Source: the human T2T-CHM13v2.0 reference genome, Homo sapiens. Taken from it: a stretch of 64,000 bases of DNA. Location: NCBI RefSeq assembly GCF_009914755.1, contig NC_060925.1; one strand, written 5' to 3'. The position numbers were made by a program, and so were the translations under genes. Each line of letters starts with the position of its first letter. The stretch's first letter is position 1. Under the pieces are notes generated by a model, which worked only from the letters and a program-made list of their open reading frames with translations, did no database searches and had not been told where the DNA came from. Below, in pieces: positions 1 through 16,041 of the stretch.

Positions 1-212
1 GCTTAGAGAAGCTTAGAGGAGCAAAGTTTACATTCTAAAATCTTGGGTTCTATCTCACTTTGTGAGTTGCAGTTTGTCTTTGCTGTTACTTATTTCACAT
101 CTATCTTCTCTTCCAAAAGACCTGTTGTACACGGATAGAAGGCAACAGCTTCTCACAGACTGTTACACCAACTACCACAATTGTGTAAGTCAAAATCTCC
201 TTAATAAATTCA

Positions 213-408
213 TGTCTGTATGTGTATGTGAGGATATATGTGCACATACACATGTATATGCATGTGTGCATACATATGTGTGTATGTGTGCATGAATGTG
301 TATATTATATGTGTGTTTGTATATGTATATGTATATATGTGTGTGTGTATGTACATACACACACACATATACACACTCAGGCACCCATATACACATATGT
401 ATATATAG
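213..408. repeat. Degenerate TG/TA/CA dinucleotide low-complexity tract
   Basis: About 195 bp of mostly alternating purine-pyrimidine (tgtgtatgtg...acacacatatacacac). It explains the four ORFs at 62-455. Confidence 0.9.
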
Positions 409-504
409 TTTGGCTGGTACAAGTTCCTCATATTGTGTTCTAATTGCCAACACATTATCTTTTTAACCTTGGTCCAGATAATTAAAAGATTACAATTGTG
501 CTCT

Positions 505-807
505 CTGTGCCTGGCTAACTCCCTTCCCTTCGTTCAACCTGAGCTCATTGGTCCCTTTCCTTGAGAAGTCTTCCCCAAACTCCTTAAAATTCTTTCAAAT
601 GAAATTTGTTCCTTTACTTCACAGAAGTTTTCAAAATTTATATTGTGCATAAACATAAACTGAATTTATTTGTTTAAAATCAATTTTCCTCAATAGATGG
701 TAAGTCACAAAAAGACAGGAAACGCACCTGTTTTGCTTGTCGCCATCACCCAGAGCCTAACTCGGTGCCTAGAATGTATTAGGTGTCCAATGTAAGTTTT
801 GAATGAA
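505..807 (+). mobile_element. L2 LINE 3' end fragment
   Basis: L2-type 3' terminus: tagatggtaag...cccagagcctaactcggtgcctag...taggtgtccaatgtaagttttgaatgaa. Confidence 0.6.
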
Positions 808-975
808 AGTTTATTGAAAGTCTATTCATACTCTTTCCTTTCATCATTATCCTCTCTTGACCCTTTACTGTTGGTCTAGTAGATGCATCCATTGATATTC
901 CTCAAGGCATTTGTTATGTATAGTCATTCTGTGCCAATAACTGTTCCATTAAGCATAGCACCTGGAAGCTGGTGA

Positions 976-1273
976 TTTTTTTTTTTTTTTTTTTTGAGAC
1001 GGAGTCTCACTCTATTGCCCAGGCTGGAGTGCAGTGGCACGATCGTCACTGCAAGCTCCGCCTCCTGGCTTCATGCCATTCTCCTGCCTCAGCCTCCCGA
1101 GTAGCTGGGACTACAGGTGCCTGCCACCATGCCCGGCTAATTTTTTCTATTTTTCAGTAGAGACGGGGTTTCACCGTGTTAGCCAAGATGGTCGTGATCT
1201 CCTGACCTCGTGATCCGTCCGCCTCAGCCTCCCAAAGTGCTGGGATTACAGGCGTGAGCCACCGCGCCCAGCC
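976..1273 (-). mobile_element. AluY, full length
   Basis: T20 tail at 976-995. Y-type positions: gcaagctccgcc, ccattctcctgcc, ccgtgttagcc, gacctcgtgatcc. 16-bp TSD gaagctggtgattttt (965-980) / gaacctggtgattttt (1275-1290). Confidence 0.95.
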
Positions 1274-2769
1274 CGAACCTGGTGATTTTTAGAGCAGCTT
1301 CTCCTACACCCTATGTAAAAGCCTTCCTCCTTCAACATCATGCTCTCCAGCTATAGTCCTCTACCTCTCCTCATCCCATTTATCTCCTGATCATCTGTCT
1401 GCTCCCCAGTATCACTTTCTGGAATTAGACCTTCATCATGCTTTCCTATGTTCATTTACACATGCATTTATTCAACAGATATTTTTTCAGGGCTTATGAT
1501 GTGCCAGGCCTTGCGATGTTGTAATGAGGGACTAGATTTTCCTATTTTCCTGAATCCTAGAGAAAATCTGGAGCTGTTTCCTTTTAATCCAAACAAGGAA
1601 AAGTGCTGGGGACATTTCCTTCCACACCAGTACTGTTATCTCTGGTCATGTAAAATTCCCCTGACTGATTCTTGATGCTTAAGGCATTAGGAGTGTTGGA
1701 AGTTGCGGGGGGTTGAGTAGAGGGTCACTTTATATGGTATTTAGATGAGTTGAGAAAACCTTGAACACTCATACCTGTGAGACACTACAGAGGTGAGATG
1801 CAGATGGCAGCTCATATGGTGCCTTTGCCAGAGAGCCTATAGGCTCCTGCCATAGCCCCTCAGCAAGGCACAGCTATCCTCATACTGTGCTTGCTTGCGT
1901 TTGCATAACCCAATACTTTATAGGTTTTCTTCTTCTTCTGCTGATAAGTTTTGGTAACATGACAGGCTCTTACTGAATTATGGTTTTCCATTTGCAAAAT
2001 GGCTTTGGTGGTTGTCCTCTTACTTGAAAGCCCTGCTTTTATTATACAAAATTTGTCTTCATTTTCAGAACTATCTATTTATTTTTGAAATGAGCTTCAA
2101 GAGCCTAATTTTAGGTTAAAAAGCTAAATATTGATTTTTTTTTCTCTTTACAACCTACTTATCATCACTTGTAGGTGTCTGCTCATTAGGAAGACTGTCA
2201 TCACAAAGAAATTCTCAGGAAGAAAGAACATCAATATATTTTTAAATATGGTATCACTACACTATATTTGATGCATTGTACCATAACTCCAGCTAAGGTT
2301 GAAGGACATGAATTTGATCTAACAAAAATATTTAGGGTTTTGAGGACTCTTCTTGCAGCACTCAAGATCCTGCATAGAGACGGTATAGTTTTGGATGAGT
2401 TAGGAATCAGGTCTTTTCTAGATAATTAGGCTTAAGGATGAACACTCATGATTATTGAGTGACTGAAATGATAAACCATGCAGTCTAAGATGGATAGAGA
2501 AGTAGGAAGGCCAAGACCAAGCACAACTGGGAGGGAATAAAGCAATCGATAGGCTGAATATCTCCACAGATTTAAGAGAATACGAGAGAGCATGAAGGAA
2601 TGAGAAAAATAAATGAATGCCAATGAACTGGAGAATAACAGTTAAAATTTCTGACAGGGAACAACTTGGGAATCTAAGCGTATGGTCAGGAGTCTGAGTG
2701 GCTAAAGTAGAGTAAAAAACATGGTCATTGCAGTTCAGAAAATAAACTATGAAGTTAAGATGCATGATT

Positions 2770-3245
2770 ATTATTGTTTATTTACCTTTCTCTTAAATTT
2801 TGTGAAGAAAAATACCATGCCTGTCTTACTCACCATAATATCCCTAGTTCCAACACAGTGCCTAGTAGAGAGTTGACACTCAATAAAAATTTGTTGGAGC
2901 AGTATCCAGGTCTGGCCATGTTAAAACATGCTTTCTCTTACCAATAGGATTTTGCAGGATCTTTGTCCTCTGGATGGAATAAAAAAAAAAAAGGTGTCCA
3001 AACTTTATCTTGTTAAATCATATAATCATTTGGGTCTCAGCTTAGTCATCAGTTCCACAGTAAGTCTTTCTTACATCACCATGCTTTAGTTATATATCTT
3101 TTCTTTGAATTTTCATAGCACCCTGGACTTCTTCTATTCTCAGACTTATTCAACTTGCTTCAGTGTAACTTCTTTTTTAATTTTCTGCCTCTTTCAATAG
3201 ACTGAAATTTCAGCAGATCAAGGAGAGTGTTTTATTCATCATCAT
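2770..3245 (+). mobile_element. L2 3' fragments
   Basis: ccctagttccaacacagtgcctagtagagagttgacactcaataaaaatttgttg (L2 tail), and tagactgaaatttcagcagatcaaggagagtgttttattcatc. Confidence 0.5.
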
Positions 3246-3439
3246 TTTTCCTTTCATTATAAAAGAAATAAATAACTTACTATTTTCTTCTCTCCTGCTA
3301 GTGAAACAATTTAACCTTATGTATTGCCCAGTCTTTATGAGGAAACTCAGTAACAAATTCACAAACATTGTAGATGTGAATGTAGATTAGTGCATATTTG
3401 TAGAGGATAAGTTAGCACCAATCAAAATTTAACATAGAA

Positions 3440-3720
3440 ATACTGTTTGATGCTAAATTTCATTTGGAAAATTTGTCCTTCAAATGTATGTACATAATTA
3501 AAACAAGAGTGAGAGACTTTGCAAGCTTTGTTTGACTGTAAAAAACAATGAAAACAACTTAAATGGCCATCAATAAATAACTGGATATATGATCACTATG
3601 ATGCATCCATATAATGGTATTCCATGTCAACATTAAATAGAATGTAATGGATATCAATATTTTTCTATGTAAAGTTCTGGAGATATTGGAGTATGTATAT
3701 TGTGATGCTATTTGTATCAT
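3440..3720 (+). mobile_element. Old L1 (L1ME-type) 3' fragment
   Basis: aaacaacttaaatggccatcaataaataactggata...catccatataatggtatt resembles the L1 ORF2-end/3'UTR. Confidence 0.5.
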
Positions 3721-4338
3721 TTTTAATACTACAATTTGCCTTTGAAAAACAAAGATTTGAACTATGCGGGTGTACTTATGTGCAGACTTTTTTCACTAAA
3801 TATATTGGAAAAATTTTTAGAGATTTGTAACAATTTGAAACAACTTGCAGAAGAACCACATAGCCTAGAAATATCAAAAAAATTAAGAAAAAGTTAAGTA
3901 TGCCATTGATGAAAAAACATACGTAAAAACTAGTCTATTTTATCATTTACCATAAAATATACAAAAACCTATTATTAAGAGTTAAAATGTATCAAAACTT
4001 AAGCACATAAACACAGACTATACATGCCACTAAACACAGGCAGGAGAAATGTAAACAAATGTAAAAATGCAGTATTAAATCATAGTCACATAAAATTAAC
4101 TTTAGTACATACTGTACTACTGTAATAATTTCATAGCCTCCTCTGGTTGCTATTATAGTGAGCTCAAGTGTTGCGAGTATTTGCCCAAAACACCATGTGA
4201 CACTAAATCATTTCTGCTTGAGCAGTTCACTCTCCAGTAAATTATCACAGTAAAAAATGATCTTTAGCAGTTCTCATGTATTTTACATTGCGTTTAGTGC
4301 AATACCATAAACTTTGAATAAAACCATGGAGAAAAGTC

Positions 4339-6465
<2,127 letters not shown>

Positions 6466-6607
6466 TATATTTTTTCTTCTTTATGACTTTCTTAACATTT
6501 CTTCTAGGTTGCTTTATTGTAAAAGTATAGTATATAATACATATAACATACAAAATATGTGTGAATCAGCTGTTTATGCTATCAGTAAGGCTTCCAGCAA
6601 ACAGTAG

Positions 6608-6937
<330 letters not shown>

Positions 6938-7174
6938 TAATAGTAAAGTTTTGGGTGAGTGCAAAGTCATATGTAGATTTTTCAACTGTGTGGGGGTGTT
7001 GGTCCCCTAATCCCTGTGTTGTTCAAGGGTCAACTTTATGTATGTATTATTTATACCAGCAAAAAAATGTATTTTTAATGAAATGAGATTAAATAATTTT
7101 TGGCGGTAATCTTTTAAAGTAACAGACTACGATTGAAAAAGATGACATTTTTTAATAATTGCTGAGATGCACTA

Positions 7175-8150
7175 TGACTATGCTTTCAGTGCAGCTTTGC
7201 CAGCCAGAAACCTCTGTGGCTGCAGCACCTCTGACTGGATTTTGCTTGGGCCCTCTGGGCTTGCTCCTCCTATTTGGTCCGGCTGACTGCACTCGGCTTG
7301 CACTACCTGCCAGATCTCACACCCATGCACCCACTGCAGCTCTGTGCTAGGCTCACAGCCTGTCCAGGCATGTTGTGACCAGCTTCCACCTTGGGCGCTG
7401 ATGTCTGGATGAGGGGGATGCAGTGGCATGCAAAATTTTGGAAATACCAGCAACCACAGAGCCCCAGTTTTTGTTCAGGGAATCCCGAGGTCTGAGTCCC
7501 AGGAAGAATTACAGTGTGTTACAGCTCGTTCATGTTACAGCTCGTTTGTTCCGACCGACCACATGCTTCAGGAAATGGGGGCATGTCATAGCTCATTCAG
7601 TCTCACAGCCTCACTCTGGCCCATGGCTCCTCACCTGGCCCAGCCCCATACCGCTGCTTCCTGTCACAAGGGGTGACCGCCTGGTGCTGGAAGAGGGCAG
7701 GAGGGTTACAGTGTTACAGCTCCTTTTGCACCCACCATTCAGTGGGTTCTGGGTTCTTGTCCCACAACCAAGAAGAATGAGGTTACATGGCCATCTGAGA
7801 GTGAGCAAGTCAGGGAAGAATTGTATCGAATGACAGAAAAGCTCTCAACAATGAGAGGAGACCCAAAGTGAGTACCCCTCTGTGTGAGAGAAGCCCTGAA
7901 AGCGTGTAGCCCATGTGTGGCTGAGTCCTGGGTATTTATGGGCTCAGAATGGGGGAGTGCATGCTGATTGGTCCATGGGAGGACCTGGAAAAAGCACCAT
8001 TTGATTGGCTAAAAGACATTGAGGAAGTTCTCACTCTGACTGTGGACTGGCAGCTCGGTTTTCAGGCTTTAAATTGTCTTTGGTTTGAAGGTCGGGTTTC
8101 AGCCAGGACCAGCTTCTGTCTGCCTAGGAATTTGTCTGCTGCTGCTATCA
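7175..8150 (-). mobile_element. ERV1 solo LTR, MER52/LTR27/LTR28 group
   Basis: GC-rich block of about 975 bp. Minus strand begins TGATAGCAGCAGCAGACAAATTCCTAGGCAGACAG...GAAACCCGACCTTCAA. Carries the family-typical gagctgtaaca repeats. Left boundary is approximate. Confidence 0.8.
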
Positions 8151-8259
8151 TTATGAGTAACTTACATCATCTTTTTTATGTTATACTACTCTCCACTGTT
8201 TTTTTTTTAGACCTCTCAATTGTTTATTTTAATTATCTTAGCTTTTACAACAGATGTGT

Positions 8260-9340
8260 ATCTGCATCTCTAAACATTTCCTCCAATATTTTCTTTGGCT
8301 TTTAGAACTTGCATTCACTGAAGCAAATATTTCTCATCCTCACTACTATCTTCAAAACTGATCCCTAACCTCTTCATCAGCTGTGGATTTTGCCTACTAT
8401 TTCCTCAAGAAATTAGGGAACTCAGGGTCTAAATGGAATTGCCCCAAATATTTCTCCTATTTCCTAAACCCAGTTGTATTAGTCTGTTTTTACATTGCTG
8501 ATAAAAACATACCTGAACTGGGAAGAAAAGGAGTTTTAATTTGACTTACAGTTCCACATGGCTAGGGAGATCTCATAATCATGGTGGAGGGTGAAAGGCA
8601 CTTCTTACATGGCAGCAGCAAGAGAGAATGATGAGGAAGCAAAAGTGGAAACCCCTGATAAACCTATCATATCTCATAAGACTTATTCACTATTATGAGA
8701 ATAGCACAGGAAAGACCTTCCCCCATGATTCAATTACCTTCCCCTGGGTCCCTCCCGCAACACGTGGGAATTCTGGGAGATATAATCCCAGTTGAGATTT
8801 GGGTGGGGCACAGCCAAACCATATCACCAGTCTTAGAAGACAAGGGGCTCTCCCTCTGCTCAAGGCCAATGCTGTGGATCTGATCTATCTCATAAATTAC
8901 CTCCTTTCTCTCTCTCTCCCCACTGGATCTGTGCCCTTGTACTATAAGCATGCTAAAGTCTCTTCCTTCGTAAAGAAAAATAAATACATTATTAACAAAT
9001 AATCCTCTTCTGGCCTGGAGTAAGAGCCCTCTTTTCTGGGCCCAAAGTAGATGAAACATGCCAATTCTATTTTCATGATTAATAATCACTCCCAAATTTA
9101 CTGACATATGGTTTTAGTTATCAATACTCCACTAAAACTTTTTCTAAAAATCACTGAAGCACACATTTAAAATTGAATTGAATCAATTCATTTTTTTTCC
9201 TATTCTCCTCTTACTATACTGAACACTGTTTGCCACTCACTCCTACCTGAAAAACTCTGTTCTCTTAGCTTCTATTGTTCTTGAACTCCTAACCATTCTT
9301 TTTCATTTTTTTGTAAGTCCTTTCTCCTTGACCAACCTGT
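8260..9340 (+). mobile_element. L2 internal (ORF2) fragment split by THE1
   Basis: Pyrimidine-rich L2-like sequence (cactggatctgtgccc...aagcatgctaaagtctct; gaacactgtttgccactcactcct) on both sides of the THE1 LTR. Confidence 0.5.
8475..8826 (-). mobile_element. THE1 (THE1C-like) MaLR solo LTR
   Basis: tgtattagtctgtttt...gagatttgggtggggcacagccaaaccatatca. Perfect 5-bp TSD ccagt (8470-74 / 8827-31). Confidence 0.93.
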
Positions 9341-9379
9341 CAAATATGAAGTGCAATATGTTAGCCATTGCTGTTTCTT

Positions 9380-9679
9380 TAGGCCTACGTAGTATTTAAA
9401 AGGGACTCGAAATAATTCTAAATATTTTAAAATTGTTCGATTTTACATAAAAAAATTGGACTTTACAATTCCTCTTGAGAAATCAGAATATATGTTAGTA
9501 ACACGTTGTACACATACCCCATGCAAAATTGGTAGAACTGTGTAAGCACTGCCTCAATACACAAGCCATGCACTACTTCTTATTAATTTTAACTTGCAAC
9601 CAGCCTACTCCACTCCTTTATATCACTTGCCTTATCTTATAAATCAGAGAACTCTAAACATTTTGATTACACAGCCCTG
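9380..9679. mobile_element. hAT-Charlie MITE (MER102-like)
   Basis: ttttacataaaaaaattggactttacaattcctcttgagaaatcagaa...aacac and terminal acagccctg resemble the recalled MER102 consensus. Confidence 0.45.
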
Positions 9680-9699
9680 CAGTAAAAATGTTTCAGCAT

Positions 9700-10627
9700 T
9701 GATTTCCATATATGTACAATTTTACATATAAATTATATTCCAATACATTTTTAATTTCTAGAAGTTCTCTTCTATTCTTTCACATATCTTCTATTTTCAC
9801 TCTTGAGATTTTCACTTATTTTCTTCTATTATTTTTATGTTTCTTTAATGTTTTTGATAATTTCTTACATACTTTCTTCAATTGTTTTATTATCTGACGT
9901 TCTTGGACAATCTAATCCTTCTGCTTATATCTGCTGACTTTCTGTCATGACTGAATATTTTTTCATGAGATATATGACTTTGATTTTTAAGTACATCTCC
10001 AGTGAGACATTTTCTATAAAATCTTATAAAACTTAAGTGGACAACATGCCTCTCCAAAGCCTGGCCTTTGCTTCTACCAGAGTTCCAAACATATAGGTGG
10101 CCTGAGACAAACTTTTTATGCTGCTTTCTTGTCTTGGGAGATTCCATGATTACTAGGTAGTAAAAAGTCCAGACAACGTCAGATCATAGACCTTTTGTAT
10201 TGGGTGGTCTGTGGTTAGAAATTTTCAGGGACAAATTTCTATTTTCTTCTAATACACAGGTTTTAAGACAGACAAGTTCCATTATTATCTTTCTGGAATG
10301 CTGGTCATATTATTTTCAGTTCATTCTACACAAAGTCTTAATTTCATAGGTGGTGGCCTAGATTCCTGTCCGTACACAGGCATTCAATCACCTGCTCCAA
10401 ACTTACAAATAGTTGGTCCACACCTGCACACCTGCTATCTTCCCTGCTTTTAAGAACTTGCCTAACTTTTTTTTTTTTTAACTTGAAGTGTTTTTTTTAG
10501 TTTCCAGGGGAATAGAGCTGTACATATAACTGGATATTTGTTTCATAACATCTAGCTTTTCCAGACTTCCTATAGAAAAAATCTTTTCATGTTATTTTGT
10601 CCACCATATGTGCAAAACCAGAAATCC
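9700..10627 (-). mobile_element. Ancient L1 5' region
   Basis: T-rich (ttttaatttctagaagttct...), ending ccaccatatgtgcaaaaccagaaatcc, similar to old-L1 5' termini. Confidence 0.45.
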
Positions 10628-11354
10628 ATGTTTAAAAACTATATGTAGGCACTATGGTGCTAATAGATTATGTATCTTGTAAGCCATACACAAGATGAGA
10701 AATTTCAAAAGGATTCATAAACTTAAAAAATAACATGCCCATAGTATTTTGGCTTTTCTTAAAATTGTGTTTTATTGTTAGTAGCATAGATGAATATGTT
10801 TACTTTTAAAAATTCTGGTTTAAATCTTTCTGAAACAATGACTTAATCCAGTTTGTTTCAAAATGGCTGTCATAGCTGGAAAGGATACTACTAAAACTCT
10901 ATAGATACAAGTGGGAGAAAGACACATTTAGTAAATTATCCTCCATTTCTTCTCAAAAATTATTCTAGGTATTATTTTTTAAGTTTCATTGTAAATGTCT
11001 GTCTTGTTTGATATAAAACAGTTCTTCTTGCGAAGGCTTCGGTAATACTTAGTAAGACTATTCTTTTGGAATATTTTCTAAAAGGAGCTTAAAAATTCGG
11101 CTTTCAATTTTTTAAAGCATTCATGTATGAACATTTTTATTTACAAATCATATAATAAAGAAAATATTTCCAAACTTCCTCAATGCACTTTCCATAGTAC
11201 AAGTTTCCTACTCATTGTTAAAGTATCATGTTTACCTTGAAGGGAGTATCTATTATTTTTTAATAATATGTGAAAATGCTCTTGACAACTACTTATAAAA
11301 GTCATCAATTTGAAGCTTTTTTAAAAAATAAAAACATTAAATGACACTATTTAA

Positions 11355-12643
<1,289 letters not shown>

Positions 12644-12939
12644 TAAGGTCAATTTTATCTCATGAGGTAGGATTATCATTATTTAAAGTAATATATTCTA
12701 GCAACCCACTTTAAAAAAACACTGCTTTTGTAGAACAAGCTGCAAACACACGAATAAGCCCAGTTCCACTGTCAATTCCTCATTATTGTAGAATGCTCTC
12801 TCTTCTCTCAAGTTATGTGATGTGGCACACCTGACATCTGATCTAAGGACCAGATGAGTAGGATGGGACAACCTTCACGTTTACTATTAATGACATTTAA
12901 CTTAATCATATAACTACCTGCAAAAAACTCTTCTGTAGA

Positions 12940-13371
12940 TCATAAGGGTCCTTACTGAACTTGGCTGGCCATCAGTGCCATGCCAGGCTATCTAAAAGTG
13001 ATCCTATATTACCTTCTCAGTCTCTTCTCCCATCTTTACCAGTTTTAGAATCTCACAATCTTCCAAAAGCCTCATGCCAGTCAACAATATATTTTTCTTG
13101 GGTAATTTCTTGTCTCTAGAATCCTCTTTCCTCCTCGCTTTACCACACTTGCCCCTCCTCATTCTGCAACACATAGTTCAGTCATTGTTGCCTCTGGGAA
13201 ATCTACAAATTATTAAACTCTAAACACATTTTTGCAGTTGTCTTTTTCCCTTATCAGACTGTAAGATCCTAGAGGGCCAGGCTTGTGTTTTATTGATGGT
13301 TTCAAATCCAGATGCCAGCATAATCCTGGTATGTAAAAAAGTACGTATTTAATAAATGTTTCCTGAATGAA
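12940..13371 (+). mobile_element. L2 3' end
   Basis: cagactgtaagatcctagagggccagg...aataaatgtttcctgaatgaa. Confidence 0.65.
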
Positions 13372-14609
13372 ATTGAATCAAACTTGACACTTAGTAAAGG
13401 TTGGTGGATATGATTTTATTTGATATGACGGCTTTTATGAAACCACCAATTGACTGGGGAAAAAAAAACGCCCCTCAAATAAGGAATATTTCTGGCATTC
13501 CTTTCAGTGAACATTTGTCTTTAATTGACTAATGTAAAGCCTTCTTTTAGTTAGTTATTTGCTCCAGAAAAGGCAAGTCCCTTGACAGCCAAATTCCCTT
13601 TAATTTCATTTTCTGAGTCGGGGGAAAAAAGAAAGCTTTTTATTTATGAACCTTACAAAACATTCTTATAACATCTGATGCACAAATATTGATCCAGGAA
13701 GGTGTTACCTCCTGTGGTTACCCTGTGGGTTTCCACTTTGAATTGCCAGGGAACTCACACTGAAATAGGAAAGTAATGTCATGTTATATGTCCTTTTTCT
13801 AATACTTAGTCTTGAAAGTCAAATATTTTTTAAGCTCACAATAACATGTACAGACATCTAACATCAGAAAAATAAAACAGTATAGTTTAAGAAAACTCCT
13901 GCCTTTTAAAAAAAAAAAAGTTTTTTAGTTGGCACAGAAAAAATTAGTTAATTAATCCATGAATAATAAGACTGAAATTTAAGTTGCAAGATAGTTGTAT
14001 TTGTTCATAAAGAATTGTTGTAATGATTCGATGACTCATTATTTCCTCCCTACAAAACAGTACTTTGTTCTTAAAATCTGTGCATTTAAGCTGAGAAAAG
14101 AAGAATAATATTTATGTTCAGAGACAAGAAAAGAAATTGCAAGAGATTTAACTTTTTTATCTACTGCCAATATCCATTTGACAACTGCTTGGCCTCTGGC
14201 CAGTCACAATCGAACCCCCTAACAAGACTGTCAAACTACTTTAAATTTATTTCCAGATAAAAATCATGTTTTAATTTTTTTTTTAGTGACATTGAAAGAA
14301 AATTTAAGAAACATTCCAACCATAGTTATTATAAATTTAGATATATAATAGCTTCATCCTAGAATAAAAGGCTTTATCCAACCAAGTGATTTGAGACAAT
14401 AAAGTATAGAATTCTATACATAATTTCAAAACTCCAGTTATATAAAAGTGTTAATGGAGTGAAGGAAAGAGAGGCAATAGTTTAGCAGCAACCAACAATA
14501 TAACATGCCTGTCCATAAAAGAAATATTCAATTAATTGTTATTGATTAATTCATCCAGTAAACTCTCCCCTCACCTAAATGAAGGGGCCTGAATCTGGGG
14601 ATGAATACT

Positions 14610-14725
14610 ATAGGGAACAAATTTTGATTCAATATGAGAAAATGCCAATTACTGTGCCTGAGAAAGGATAGGCCTACTTTGAGAAGGGAGACGTCCATTC
14701 ATTGGAAGAAAAAAACTGCTTGAGG
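14610..14725 (+). mobile_element. L3/CR1 3' fragment
   Basis: attttgattcaatatgagaa...gagacgtccattcattggaag resembles the L3 3' end. Confidence 0.4.
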
Positions 14726-14757
14726 TATAATCGCAGAATTCATCAGTTAAGGCAAAA

Positions 14758-15250
14758 TATTGTATTCAAACTTTTTGTTTTTTAAATATCAGAACTACTT
14801 AAGTCAGTCTTAAATATTATAGATGACAACCCCAAAATTTTGTTTTTGTGTGTTATATCTATTGATATTTACCATATTATAAAATAAAATGGAAAAAATT
14901 TAAACTATATTACCTATTTATTTAAATAAAACAATAGTAAATATAAACATTTTTGAAGATGTATCTAAAGTTTTTAAAAAATTAGGGAGAAGAATGGCAG
15001 TTCTTCACATTTTTGCAAATCACTTTAATATCTAGTGTAATAGAAGAAATCTGGATTATCATACCTATTTCTGCAGTCTGTCAATTGCACTATTACATGT
15101 ATGCAGTCTCTGGAAAAGTCCACAGCTCACTTACAAAGAAATGAAAGTTAAAGAGCAAATAACATCCTACTATTATTGTAAAAAATAGTTTTGTCCCCGA
15201 AAAGATCAATGTGACCTTAAAGGGTCTTGAGAAACAATGTACTTTAAAAT
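14758..15250 (-). mobile_element. Charlie4a-like hAT DNA transposon derivative
   Basis: gttatatctattgatatttacc...gagaagaatggcagttcttcacatttttgcaaatcactttaatatctagtgtaatagaagaaatctggattatcatacctatttctgca matches the recalled consensus on the minus strand. Confidence 0.7.
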
Positions 15251-15740
15251 CTAAAAGGTCTTTTAAGGTATCTGATTCTATTCAAAGCAAATCACCTTCC
15301 TACTTTCAGTTTCTAAACCACTATGATACATAATTATCTGATTTTTTTAAAAAATAGAATTAAATACAGAGATGAGTAACTTTGGTTGTTTTTTTTTAAC
15401 CCTCATGGTTTTTATAATCTGTGGATTTAGCCATGAAAAGCAAAATACATATATAGGCATGCACATACGTATACCCATTTAAAGTTGATAAAGGGGATTA
15501 TGTCTCAAAAAAAAAAAAAACCTTGGAGTTATAGTTCTGTCTCCAAAATGTGTTAGGAATATGACCTCAGAAAAGCCAGTTAATCTCAGTGACTGCATAC
15601 CTCACATCATTCTTGGTAGGATTTTTAAAAAGATAATAATAAAGGACAATTTCATTGATTCATATTATTTTTGTGGTTTTTTTCAAATGTAATAATCTTT
15701 TTGTAATTTCTTAGCTAGGTTTGCCCTTTGCATCTTTGTT

Positions 15741-15742
<2 letters not shown>

Positions 15743-15778
<36 letters not shown>

Positions 15779-15780
15779 GT
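15743..15780. repeat. (GT)15GC(GT)3 microsatellite
   Basis: Direct reading. Confidence 0.97.
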
Positions 15781-15924
15781 ATTTCCAACTGGCCAGTAAA
15801 TACCTGGACAGACAGTAGTATGGCCCTTAACTGTCTGGCACCAGGCCCAATTATACTTTATCGAAAGCCAAAGCATTACTTCTTATAAAAACTATCAGTA
15901 AAATGTAACGTAACGTTTTCTATT

Positions 15925-16041
15925 TTAACCGCGAGCTCTTGAAGGACAGAAACTTTGTCTATGTTGTATATGTTTGTATTCAAAATAACACCTCACACAG
16001 TATAGGTGCTAACAGCATGTTTGTTAAACGAATGAGTAAAT
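15925..16041 (+). mobile_element. L2 3' tail
   Basis: gagctcttgaaggacagaaactttgtct...taggtgctaacagcatgtttgttaaacgaatga. Confidence 0.55.

Noticed and set aside
62-455. His/Tyr/Val/Cys-rich ORFs
   Set aside because: Read-through of a dinucleotide low-complexity tract.
1833-1846. 14-bp palindrome gagcctataggctc (also 42773-89, 57143-56, 60237-59)
   Set aside because: Arms of 7-8 bp are expected several times in 64 kb; the first is not a CArG box.
7517-7546. Tandem tgttacagctcgtt duplication
   Set aside because: gagctgtaaca repeats are typical of this LTR family.
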